Assembly: GCA_000990355.1 (NCBI GenBank)
Contig: LBSX01000001.1
Location: 3,392 to 67,391, forward strand
Reading direction: 5' to 3'
Length of the DNA stretch: 64,000 bases
From: Candidatus Magasanikbacteria bacterium GW2011_GWC2_37_14
GTDB taxonomy: Bacteria > Patescibacteriota > Patescibacteriia > Magasanikbacterales > UBA922
Shown: in pieces, positions 29,108 to 38,496 of the stretch
Layout of the letters: each line of letters starts with the position of its first letter
Position numbering within the stretch: the stretch's first letter is position 1
Notes under the pieces: model-generated
What the model saw: only the letters and a program-made list of their open reading frames with translations
Told to the model about the DNA's origin: nothing
Database searches by the model: none
Made by a program: the position numbers and the translations under genes

Positions 29108-30561
29108 AATTTTCTAATTATACCATTAATTATATCTACTTCCACTATGTCACCGTCTTTAAATACTTTGGTGCCAATTTTTGTACCTACCAAACAAGGA
29201 ATGCCAAGCTCACGAGAAACAATGGCTGCATGAGACAATAATCCCCCTTCGTCCGTAACAATGGCTCCTGCGCGCTCCATAGCGGGCACTAACGTGGGAT
29301 TGGTAGCTGGTGCAATCAAAATATCGCCTTTGTTTACTTTTTTAGCGTCGGCATCGCAAAGCACCAACTTTACTATTCCTGTGATCACTCCAGGCGAAGC
29401 ACCTTGACCACTTAACTCGATAATATTTTCATACTTTTCTATTTTCAATTCTTGTTTTTTATATTCTTCAAGTTTTTTACCAGAAAGCACAATAACTTTA
29501 TTACCTTCTAAAATAATTGCACTTTCAATTACTCGTTCATTTAATTTTTCTAAAGATAAAATTAATTCTCCACGATTTAAACTGTCTAAAATTTCTACAC
29601 CCCGCATTTCAATCAATTGTTTGTATGACATTCCTAAACGTCTGGCAATTTCATTAAACAATGGTTTTAAATTTACAACTGTAAAAGTAAAAACCTCGTC
29701 TACCAAACTATAAGCTGAAGCTTGAGCGCGAGCCGATTCAATATACTTAAGAATATTTTCTGGTAAATCTAATTCATTAATAAGCAATTCTCGCTTACTT
29801 AAATCATTTTCTAATTGTTTTATTTTTTGTAGTTCATTTTCAACACCATTATTCAATACTTCTTTAATTCTTTCTAAAATAATATCTTTATTATACAATT
29901 CACCGCGAAAATAATACTGCCCTAAATAAGCAAATTTACATAAATGTGTACTCACTAAATTTTCTAATTCTTGATTATAACCATTATCTTCTACAAACTT
30001 CGCTAAATTTAATAAAAAAAATTTTTCTTGCCTTGTTTCTGAAGAATCTTCTAATTGTAGTAAGATATTAAAATCTTCGTTTTGTTTATTAATATTTGGT
30101 TCTTTTTTAGCAATCTCGGCAAAAATTAAATCCGGTAAAAATTTATTAGTAATAATGGCGTTGTAAGCAAAAGCCCACATTTTACGAGTACAAGCTAAAT
30201 ATTCGGAAAAATTTATAAACAACACTTCTGTTTCTTGTTCAGACCAATTAAGATCTTTTATTTGTAAAACAAAATCTTTTAATTGCTTAATGCGTCTTTT
30301 ATATTCATTGGCGTATTCTAGCAAAGCACCAGGATTAGCAAGTTCTTTTTTACGAAAAAAATCACAAAAATCTGCTAAATTCTCTGAACCAAACCAACGA
30401 GCCCCAGCTAATTGCCGAAAGTTTTGAGGCTTAAATTCGGGCTTATTAAAGTCTAAACCTAAAAATGCCATAAATCCCTCCATAGCAGTGTCAATCAAAA
30501 GCAAGGCATGATTTTCGCCTCTACGAGTAATTTCCTCCCAAATTAGCTTACTTTCGGCCAT
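29104..30561 (-). CDS. PEP-utilising-enzyme His-domain protein, array paralog 11 (variant GGLLSHAAIVSREL)
   Basis: 485 aa; ...GQGASPGVITGIVKLV...GGLLSHAAIVSRELGIPCLVGT. Confidence 0.7.
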   Translation of the reverse strand: MAESKLIWEEITRRGENHALLLIDTAMEGFMAFLGLDFNKPEFKPQNFRQLAGARWFGSENLADFCDFFRKKELANPGALLEYANEYKRRIKQLKDFVLQIKDLNWSEQETEVLFINFSEYLACTRKMWAFAYNAIITNKFLPDLIFAEIAKKEPNINKQNEDFNILLQLEDSSETRQEKFFLLNLAKFVEDNGYNQELENLVSTHLCKFAYLGQYYFRGELYNKDIILERIKEVLNNGVENELQKIKQLENDLSKRELLINELDLPENILKYIESARAQASAYSLVDEVFTFTVVNLKPLFNEIARRLGMSYKQLIEMRGVEILDSLNRGELILSLEKLNERVIESAIILEGNKVIVLSGKKLEEYKKQELKIEKYENIIELSGQGASPGVITGIVKLVLCDADAKKVNKGDILIAPATNPTLVPAMERAGAIVTDEGGLLSHAAIVSRELGIPCLVGTKIGTKVFKDGDIVEVDIINGIIRKL

Positions 30562-30637
30562 ATATAGCTATTTTAGCCAAATAATCTATAAAAATCAAGA
30601 GAAAAACAAAAACAGTCTATTTCTTCAACAGACTGTT

Positions 30638-32356
30638 TTATTTCTCCAAATCACTCCACATACTCTCATCATCTTCTTTTGGTTTGTCGCTAGCAAAAAA
30701 TGGTTGATTCGTATTCGGCACAGAAACTGCTCCACCAGAAGCTTTCTTTTTATGACGCTTACGTTTTTTCTTTTTAAAAGGTTCACTAGTTAAATTAGTC
30801 TGAGTATTTGTTACAACAACATTATTTATGATTGGCTTATTAAAAACTGGAGATTCTGCTATTTTTATTGGTTCTTCCTTGGGTAATAACTTTGATAAAG
30901 ACAATGTTTCTTCTGGTTCACTAACAGGCACTGCTAATTTTTTAATTAATTCACTAGGAGAAATTTTTGATTCATCTACCACTACCACTGGCTCTTTATG
31001 CTCCAATTCTAATTCTTCACCATCTTCATTTTCCTCTACTTCCATACCACTCCAACGTAAAATCTTTTCTTCAATAACTTCGCGCGGTTTACCATAACGT
31101 TCACGAGAAACTCTAACTATTTTTTCGGCACTATCAGTTGGCTGGCCGATTGGTGGCATGGTAATGGCAGAAAAGGGTTGCGAAGCCACACCATCAATCA
31201 TTAATTTCATAATGATGTGAAATTTAGGCAAATTTAAAATTTCTTCTGGCAAATAGGTTGGCATGTATTCTTTTTCAAAATATTCTGCATCTGGTCCACC
31301 AATTCTAAAAGTAATCATGGTACCGACGTTACCAAAAACAGCATCCGACACCAGTTCGTCTAATTGGGCTACATATTGATGTGCCATAATTAAACTTAAA
31401 CGATATTTACGAGCTTCGGACAAAATATTGGCAAAACTTGGTGTAGCAAAATTTTGAAATTCGTCTACATACAAAAAGAAATCCTGACGTTCTGCTTCTG
31501 GAGTGTCTACTCGTTCCATAGCCGAAAGCTGGATTTTGGTAATAAGCATTCCACCCAAAAGACGTGAATTATCTTCGCCAATTCTACCTTTTGAAAGATT
31601 GATAATAAAAATTTTCTTTTCATCCATTATTTTACGAACATCTATGGTAGATTTGACCTGAGCTACCATATTGCGAATAACACTGGCCGATAAAAACTGG
31701 CCGATTTTATTTTGTACAGCGGCCACAGCTTCGGTAGCATATTTTTCACTATAACTGGCAAATTCCTGTTCCCAAAAAGATTTAATTACTGGGTCTTTAA
31801 CTGATTTAACTACTCTTGCTCGATACTTTTTATCGGACAACATGCGATTGATACCCAGCAATGTAGAACCCGGATGTTCTAAAAGCGCCAAAATAGTATT
31901 GTTTAAAATGTACTCCATGCGAGGACTCCAAACATCGGGCCAAATCTTTTTAAAAGCTGCCATAAGACCAGCAGCTACCAAGTGCTTTTGTTCTTCAAAT
32001 TGGACTTCTAGAATATTGAAACCAATTGGATAGTTAGTATCAGCAGGATTAAAATAAATTACATCATTAATCCGATTGGCAGGAATATAATTAATAATTT
32101 TTTCGGCAAAATCTCCGTGAGGATCCACTACGCCCACACCATGACCAGCATAAATATCATGAAGCACCATATTTTCCATCATCGTAGTTTTGCCCATGCC
32201 TGTTTTACCAATTACATACATGTGACGCCGGCGGTCATCTAGTTTAATACCAAAACGACGCAATTGGTTGCGATAGGCAGTTTGAGCAAAAAAACAAATA
32301 TCTTCTTTTTCCTTTGGGACAACTACACCCTTGGTTGTAAGATGTTGAAGAGGCAC
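30638..32356 (-). CDS. VirD4/TraG/TrwB-like (FtsK-HerA superfamily) P-loop ATPase with K-rich disordered C-terminal tail
   Basis: Walker A at VIGKTGMGKTTMM, Walker-B-like FFLYVDEFQNF. C-terminal ~120 aa are acidic then lysine-rich (KKKKRKRHKKK). The track start is a GTG. It sits 76 bp upstream, in transcription order, of the 11-gene array. Confidence 0.5.
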   Translation of the reverse strand: MPLQHLTTKGVVVPKEKEDICFFAQTAYRNQLRRFGIKLDDRRRHMYVIGKTGMGKTTMMENMVLHDIYAGHGVGVVDPHGDFAEKIINYIPANRINDVIYFNPADTNYPIGFNILEVQFEEQKHLVAAGLMAAFKKIWPDVWSPRMEYILNNTILALLEHPGSTLLGINRMLSDKKYRARVVKSVKDPVIKSFWEQEFASYSEKYATEAVAAVQNKIGQFLSASVIRNMVAQVKSTIDVRKIMDEKKIFIINLSKGRIGEDNSRLLGGMLITKIQLSAMERVDTPEAERQDFFLYVDEFQNFATPSFANILSEARKYRLSLIMAHQYVAQLDELVSDAVFGNVGTMITFRIGGPDAEYFEKEYMPTYLPEEILNLPKFHIIMKLMIDGVASQPFSAITMPPIGQPTDSAEKIVRVSRERYGKPREVIEEKILRWSGMEVEENEDGEELELEHKEPVVVVDESKISPSELIKKLAVPVSEPEETLSLSKLLPKEEPIKIAESPVFNKPIINNVVVTNTQTNLTSEPFKKKKRKRHKKKASGGAVSVPNTNQPFFASDKPKEDDESMWSDLEK

Positions 32357-32362
32357 AGTGAA

Positions 32363-32404
32363 GTTAAAAGTTTATAAAGTTAAAAGTTTATAAAGTTAAA
32401 AAGA
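32363..32404. repeat. Tandem direct repeat (gttaaaagtttataaa x2 plus partial) in the upstream region of the ATPase/array locus
   Basis: aagttaaaagtttataaagttaaaagtttataaagttaaaaag, immediately 5' (minus-strand sense) of the ATPase start. Confidence 0.5.
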
Positions 32405-32471
32405 TCTTTGAAACTTTAAGAACTTCGGACTAGTTTAATTATAACACAAAAATATACAAATCACTAGATTT

Positions 32472-33656
32472 TTAGCCAAACATTAGCCAACTGGGTTTAA
32501 AGATAAGTAACAAACCCAAAAGCAACATTAATATTCCCCCAATTAAAGCTGAGTACTTGCCATATTTACCACCAACAACTTTGGACTTTAGGGTTACCAT
32601 GGCAATCACAAAAACAATCATGTCATCTAGCATATAAAAAACAATGTAGCCAACCATATAAAGATACTTTTGCCACATTGGTAAACCACTTAAAGCCAAT
32701 ACTTGGGTATAAACTGCAGGGAAACCAGCAGAACAAGCTAATTCTACAAGATTTACCGAAAAACCAAGAAGTAAAATACCAACAATTGACCATAACAAAC
32801 TTTTACGATAAACAATCGCCTTAATTTTTTCAAAAGTTTTTTTGGTATCTTTTAAATCCGAGACTTTACAAGCCAAAGCTTCGGCTTTTCTGTTTAACCA
32901 CCATTCACGCAAATTAATTCCACCAGCACCAATTGCCACCAAACCAATGACAATTCTAATGGTAGCAATCATGCCTAAAAACAACAAAAGCTGAAGCCAA
33001 GCGGCCATAAAAACAAAATAAACTGCACCAGAAGCCACAATAAATAGCGATCCCAAAAGCCACATTCTTTTTCTATTTTCCATGCCCAAGAGTAATGTTA
33101 TTAAAAATAACAATGCCCACATAGCGCAAGGATTAAAGCCATCTAACAAACCAATAATCACTGTTAAAAGTGGCAAAGAAAAAGTTTTAGGATTGATTTC
33201 TCCTAAAATAGGGATATTGATTTTATTAGTATTAATTGTTTCTGTAGTTTTAGTCTGTATTAACCCTTTAGTTTGTAATTTTTGTTCAATAATCTGGATT
33301 ATTTCTTTCCCAGTAGTTTTGTCTGTACCATATCCAGAAACTGGTGTGCCATCGATAAAAGCAACGGGAACCGAACCTACAGCGGTAAAATATTTATTAC
33401 CATACTCTTCAAATAATTTAGCATTCTTTTCACCACTTACTTCATATAAATGAAAATCTAAATATTGTCCATAAAGCGGAAAAACCTTTTCATTCAAAAA
33501 TTTTATTTCTGCTTGACAATGAGTACAAGTTTCCAAATGAAATAAAGTATATTCAACTTTATTGACAGAATTTGTGGTTTGGGCCAATACAAAATTTGGT
33601 AAAACCATTAAGCCCAACAAAAATGTTATTATAAAAATATAAAATAGTTTTCTCAT
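32472..33656 (-). CDS. Thioredoxin-like (CxxC) periplasmic domain fused to a CcdA/DsbD-family transmembrane thiol-disulfide transporter
   Basis: Signal/TM segment, then CTHC in a Trx-like segment, then a polytopic domain with conserved Cys pairs in TM (NPCAMWAL, VELACSAGFP), typical of CcdA/DsbD. Confidence 0.5.
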   Translation of the reverse strand: MRKLFYIFIITFLLGLMVLPNFVLAQTTNSVNKVEYTLFHLETCTHCQAEIKFLNEKVFPLYGQYLDFHLYEVSGEKNAKLFEEYGNKYFTAVGSVPVAFIDGTPVSGYGTDKTTGKEIIQIIEQKLQTKGLIQTKTTETINTNKINIPILGEINPKTFSLPLLTVIIGLLDGFNPCAMWALLFLITLLLGMENRKRMWLLGSLFIVASGAVYFVFMAAWLQLLLFLGMIATIRIVIGLVAIGAGGINLREWWLNRKAEALACKVSDLKDTKKTFEKIKAIVYRKSLLWSIVGILLLGFSVNLVELACSAGFPAVYTQVLALSGLPMWQKYLYMVGYIVFYMLDDMIVFVIAMVTLKSKVVGGKYGKYSALIGGILMLLLGLLLIFKPSWLMFG

Positions 33657-33744
33657 ACTAATATAGTATATATTAATTATTTATGCATGTCAAACAATAA
33701 TATGTTATAATAGTATAGTTAAATTTTAAACATTTGTCCACTAT

Positions 33745-34326
33745 ATGAAATTTGAACTACCTAAACTTTCCTACGCTTTTGAAGCGCTGGAACCACACTT
33801 AGACGCCCAAACTGTAGAAATTCACTACACCAAGCATCATCAAACATATTTAAACAATTTTCAAGCTATAGTAGATAAATATACAGAATTGGCAGAAATG
33901 ACTGCCGAAGAAATTTTGACTAATTTAGAAAAATTAAAAGTTGACGACGCTGATTGGACCAAATTGAAAAATATGGGTGGTGGCTTTGTAAACCATAATC
34001 TTTACTGGTCCAACTTGGGACCAAGAAAAGAAGTAGACGAAAACCTAGTCAATAAAATTACGACTGAATTTGGTTCAATAGAAAAATTTAAAGAAGATTT
34101 TACTAATTTGGCTACTTCTCTCTTTGGTTCCGGCTGGGTATGGTTGGTAGAAGAACCAAATGGAAAACTGAATATTTATCAGCTTCCTAATCAAGACTCC
34201 CCTCTTACTCTTGGCCACAAACCAATTTTGGCCTTAGATATTTGGGAACACGCCTATTACCTTAAATACCAAAACAAACGCGCTGATTATATAAATGCTT
34301 GGTGGCAAGCAGTGAAGATCATATAG
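33745..34326 (+). CDS. sodA: Fe/Mn superoxide dismutase
   Basis: 193 aa, MKFELPKLSYAFEALEPHLDAQTVEIHYTKHHQTYLNN...DIWEHAYYLKYQN; canonical SOD metal ligands. Confidence 0.9.
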   Translation: MKFELPKLSYAFEALEPHLDAQTVEIHYTKHHQTYLNNFQAIVDKYTELAEMTAEEILTNLEKLKVDDADWTKLKNMGGGFVNHNLYWSNLGPRKEVDENLVNKITTEFGSIEKFKEDFTNLATSLFGSGWVWLVEEPNGKLNIYQLPNQDSPLTLGHKPILALDIWEHAYYLKYQNKRADYINAWWQAVKII

Positions 34327-34353
34327 CAAATAACAAATAGCATATATCATATT

Positions 34354-34384
34354 AAAAAGTTCGACCATTGGCCGAACTTTTTTG
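34354..34384. terminator. Bidirectional hairpin terminator between sodA and rpoD
   Basis: aaaaagttcgacc-attg-gccgaactttttt. Confidence 0.6.
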
Positions 34385-34416
34385 TTTCATGTTATCTGAG
34401 TTAATGCTTCATGAAA

Positions 34417-35745
34417 CTAGTAATCTCTTAATTTTCCAGCAATTCCAAAAGTTTGAATTTTTTCTAGAGCTTTGGCCTCTATTTGGCGAATACGTTCACG
34501 AGTAACATCAAATTCTTTGCCCACTTCTTCCAAAGTATGAGTAACACCATCGGTAAGACCAAAACGCATTTCTAGAATTTTTTGTTCACGAGGCGACAAA
34601 TCTTTTAAAGCTTCACGAATATAATCTTTTAATAACTCCCGACCAGCCGCTTGCGAAGGACTTACTGATTTAATGTCTTCTATAAAATCAGATAAGGAAG
34701 AATCATCGTCATCATCGTCATCGCCTACTGAAGTTTCGAGTGATACAGTATCCTGGGAAATTTTGATAATGTGCTTAATTTTTTCTACTTCTTCACCCAT
34801 TTCGGCAGCTAACTCTTCTGGAGTTGGATCACGACCTAAATCTTGAAGTAAACGACGTTCTACTTGTTGAAAACGGTTGATAGTTTCTACCATGTGCACT
34901 GGAATGCGAATAGTACGCGATTGATCTGCCAAAGCTCGAGTAATGGCCTGACGAATCCACCAAGTAGCATAGGTAGAAAATTTATAACCTTTACGATGAT
35001 CAAACTTTTTTACAGCGCGAAATAAACCAATATTACCTTCTTGGATTAAATCTAACAAAGATAATTGTTTGCCAACAAATTTTTTGGCAATAGATACAAC
35101 CAAGCGCAAGTTCGCTTCAATTAATTTTTTATCGGCTTCTTTGTCGCCTCTTTCTTTACGTTTGGCCAAAGACACTTCTTCTTCGGCAGTAAGTAAAGGA
35201 ATTTTACCAATTTCACGCAAATACATTTGTATAGAATCCTGAGAAATTGCACCAAAATCAAATTCTGCGCCTTCTTTTACATCAGGTTGTTCGCCCTGAA
35301 ATTCTTGTAATATTTCTCGGCGTTCGTGACGCTGTCCCAAAAGACCCTCTTTCATTTCTACTATTCCTACACCATTTTTATCCAAAATAATTTGGAAAGA
35401 TTCATAAATATCTAAATAATGCTCTAATCGCGGAAAAAGAGACAAAACTTCTATTTCTGTAACAAAACCACGACTTCGTCCTTTATCTAGCAAATGCCAA
35501 ATTTCTTCTTCATTTGGTGGCAAAACAATTTCTTGTACAACAGAAATAATTACCTTTTTTTTGATAGGTAACTTTCTTTTTTTATTAATTAATTTTTTGA
35601 CCAACTTCTTTTTACCAACCCTTTTTAATGACTTAAGGGCAACTTTTTTATGGGCTTTCGCCTTTTTAGCAATCTTGCGGACTGCTTTAATTTTTTTGAC
35701 AGATTTTTTGACTGTCTTTTGAATTTTTTTAACTTTCTTTTTCAT
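34417..35745 (-). CDS. rpoD: RNA polymerase sigma-70 factor with lysine-rich N-terminal extension
   Basis: Regions 2-4 are conserved (...[34 protein letters not shown]...). The N-terminal ~70 aa are almost pure K/V/A ([24 protein letters not shown]...) instead of an acidic region 1.1. Confidence 0.9.
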   Translation of the reverse strand: MKKKVKKIQKTVKKSVKKIKAVRKIAKKAKAHKKVALKSLKRVGKKKLVKKLINKKRKLPIKKKVIISVVQEIVLPPNEEEIWHLLDKGRSRGFVTEIEVLSLFPRLEHYLDIYESFQIILDKNGVGIVEMKEGLLGQRHERREILQEFQGEQPDVKEGAEFDFGAISQDSIQMYLREIGKIPLLTAEEEVSLAKRKERGDKEADKKLIEANLRLVVSIAKKFVGKQLSLLDLIQEGNIGLFRAVKKFDHRKGYKFSTYATWWIRQAITRALADQSRTIRIPVHMVETINRFQQVERRLLQDLGRDPTPEELAAEMGEEVEKIKHIIKISQDTVSLETSVGDDDDDDDSSLSDFIEDIKSVSPSQAAGRELLKDYIREALKDLSPREQKILEMRFGLTDGVTHTLEEVGKEFDVTRERIRQIEAKALEKIQTFGIAGKLRDY

Positions 35746-35777
35746 GACTGAAAGTTAATAAATAATTATTTAACAAA

Positions 35778-37595
35778 TTAATTGCCCAGTTCAACAAACT
35801 CTGCTGAAAGGGTTTTCATTTTCTCTTGCTCATTATTTTTTTGGGCTAATTCAATTTCTTTTTGCAATTCCCGACGACGTTTTTTAATCCATTCTTCGTG
35901 CACCATTTCACTAATATTTTCTAATTCTTTTTTAGCAGTATTTTCTGTAACTTCGGCAAACTCCCATTCTCCTTGTAATAACAAAATATCCAACAAATTA
36001 TCCTTTGAATCTGTTGTAACAACTTCATTTACATTATAACTGTTTTTTACGATTTCGTAAAGAGCACTATAGGCTGTAGCTAATAAAATTTTCTGAATCC
36101 CAGAATTAACTTCATTTTTTAAAATTGGAAAACGTAATAACAAACTAAGTAAACGCTCTACTAATAATTCAAATTTACCCTTATTTTGAGGAGCTAAAAC
36201 CTGTGGAATAGAGGCTAGGGATTGTCCGCTAGTAACACCTGGTTTTTTATTAGTATTAGTTTTAATTTGTGCCAAATCCTCTCTTAAAACCGAAACATCA
36301 ACTCCCAATTTATCACCAAGGATTTTTAACCAATGATCACGTTCTACTGCATAAGGAATTAAAGCAATCTCTCCTAAATATTCGTTAACCACTAATTGTT
36401 TTTGGCGAGGTTCAAAAATATCACGACCACGTAAAACTTTTTCCAAATACCAATCCATTACATTTTGTGCCTGTTCTACAGCTTTAAACCAAACTTCTGG
36501 ACTCTTTTTTAAACATTCATCTGGATCTTTTCCAGCACCATCGGGAATACGGATAACCTTTACACTAAGTCCTTCGGCCAAAGCAATACTAATTCCTCTT
36601 TTGGCAGCATTTTGCCCAGCTTCATCTGCATCAAAAGCCATATTTATTACACTAGCATAGCGTTTTAATAATTTAACTTGTTCTTCGGTTAAAGCTGTGC
36701 CCGATGAGGCCACAACATTTTTCATACCTGCTTGATGACAAGCAATCACATCCATTTGCCCTTCAACCATGACAATTAAATTTTTTGCTTTTATTGTCTG
36801 TTTGGCTTTGTTTAAGCCAAAGATTACTCGTGATTTGTCATAAACACCGGTTTGTGGAGTATTTACATATTTACCTGGCGTAAAATTTTCCTTGCCCGGC
36901 GTAGCCTTAGCGGAGTCGGGTTTTTCTACCAAAATTCTACCAGTAAAACCCACGACTTCATCATGTACATTCCAAATTGGAAACATTATTCGTCCTCGAA
37001 AACGATCATAAAATCCCCTGCCTGTTTGTTCATCAGCACCTTCACGTTTAATGGTAATACCAGCAGCAACCAAATCATCAATCGCAAAACCCTTTTTTAA
37101 TAAATATTGGGTAAGCAAATCCCATTGTTCGGGAATAAACCCAATTTGCCATTCTTCTATGGTTTCTATTTTTAAACCTCTATTTAATAAATAATCCATA
37201 GCCAATTTGGCTGTGGGCATTTTGAGCAAAAAATTATGAAAAAATCTAGCAGTTTCACTGTTAATATTTTTTATACGATTTTTTTGACTAGAATCTGCTT
37301 CATTTTTATAAGAAGAAGTAAGTGTCACACCAGCTTTATCGGCCAAATATTTTAAAGATTCTTTAAATTCCATGCCCTCTATTTCTTGAATAAAACTAAA
37401 AATATCTCCACCCTTGGCACAACCAAAACAATGCCAACTACCACGTTCGGAACTGACCATAAAAGAAGGGCTTTTTTCATGATGAAAAGGACAAAGCCCT
37501 TTTTTGTTGGTTCCTGCTGGTTTTAGCTGTACATATTCCCCCACTAGCTCTGCAACATCAATCTTATTTTTGATTAATTGTACCTCGTCCGACAT
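35778..37595 (-). CDS. dnaG: DNA primase
   Basis: Zinc-ribbon CPFHHEKSPSFMVSSERGSWHCFGCAKGGD; TOPRIM region (MVEGQMDVIACHQAG). Confidence 0.9.
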   Translation of the reverse strand: MSDEVQLIKNKIDVAELVGEYVQLKPAGTNKKGLCPFHHEKSPSFMVSSERGSWHCFGCAKGGDIFSFIQEIEGMEFKESLKYLADKAGVTLTSSYKNEADSSQKNRIKNINSETARFFHNFLLKMPTAKLAMDYLLNRGLKIETIEEWQIGFIPEQWDLLTQYLLKKGFAIDDLVAAGITIKREGADEQTGRGFYDRFRGRIMFPIWNVHDEVVGFTGRILVEKPDSAKATPGKENFTPGKYVNTPQTGVYDKSRVIFGLNKAKQTIKAKNLIVMVEGQMDVIACHQAGMKNVVASSGTALTEEQVKLLKRYASVINMAFDADEAGQNAAKRGISIALAEGLSVKVIRIPDGAGKDPDECLKKSPEVWFKAVEQAQNVMDWYLEKVLRGRDIFEPRQKQLVVNEYLGEIALIPYAVERDHWLKILGDKLGVDVSVLREDLAQIKTNTNKKPGVTSGQSLASIPQVLAPQNKGKFELLVERLLSLLLRFPILKNEVNSGIQKILLATAYSALYEIVKNSYNVNEVVTTDSKDNLLDILLLQGEWEFAEVTENTAKKELENISEMVHEEWIKKRRRELQKEIELAQKNNEQEKMKTLSAEFVELGN

Positions 37596-37753
37596 AATAT
37601 CAATTTTACTTGCCCGGTCGTAGCTTTAGCGAAGACGGGTCTTTTATTTGTTGTACTTCATCCGACATATCTCTTATAGACTATACTATTTGCCATAATT
37701 TGGCAAGCATTGTAAAATACTCACATCTCTATTTATAGTGAGTTTACCGAACT

Positions 37754-38464
37754 ATGAAAATTTCCTTTATTATACCCGCTTACAACGAAGAAAAATATAT
37801 TGGTAAATGTTTGGAAAGTATTATAAAACATGGTCCACCTGACGCAGAAATTATTGTTATTAATAATAATTCCACTGATCAGACAACTGGAATTGTAAAT
37901 TCTTTTCCCAGAGTAAAATTATTATTTGAACCAACTAGGGGTACTACTCATACTCGCCAAAAAGGCCTAGAAAATGCTAGTGGAGAATTAGTTGCCTTTA
38001 TTGATGCTGACTGTCGTCTTACACCAGAATGGATGAACATTGTGGCAAAAAAATTTACAGAAAATAAAAAATTAGTTTGTCTTAGTGGACCTTATTTTTT
38101 TTATGATAATACTAAAATAAAAAATTTTCTAATTGCTCGTCCTTATAATTATTTAGCCAGTTTATCAAACAAACTTACAAATTCAGTTATTTATGGTGGT
38201 AATACGATTATTAAAAAAGAAATAATTAATAAAATTGGTGGCTGGGATAAAAGCATTAACTTTTATGGTGATGATGTAATACTCGCAAAAAAAATATCTA
38301 CCTTGGGAAAAATAGATTTTGATTTAAAATTTTTTGTGCATTCTTCTTCTCGCCGATTTAATCACGAAGGTATTCCCACTATGATTCTTAAATACTTTAT
38401 AAATTTTATTTGGGTAAGACTTTTTAATAAACCTTATCATCAGACTTATTTGAATCATCGTTAA
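37754..38464 (+). CDS. glycosyltransferase family 2
   Basis: ISFIIPAYNEEKYIGKCLESI... and DAD motif (FIDADC). Confidence 0.7.
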   Translation: MKISFIIPAYNEEKYIGKCLESIIKHGPPDAEIIVINNNSTDQTTGIVNSFPRVKLLFEPTRGTTHTRQKGLENASGELVAFIDADCRLTPEWMNIVAKKFTENKKLVCLSGPYFFYDNTKIKNFLIARPYNYLASLSNKLTNSVIYGGNTIIKKEIINKIGGWDKSINFYGDDVILAKKISTLGKIDFDLKFFVHSSSRRFNHEGIPTMILKYFINFIWVRLFNKPYHQTYLNHR

Positions 38465-38496
38465 AAAATAACTTCATAAAATATGAGGTTATTTTT

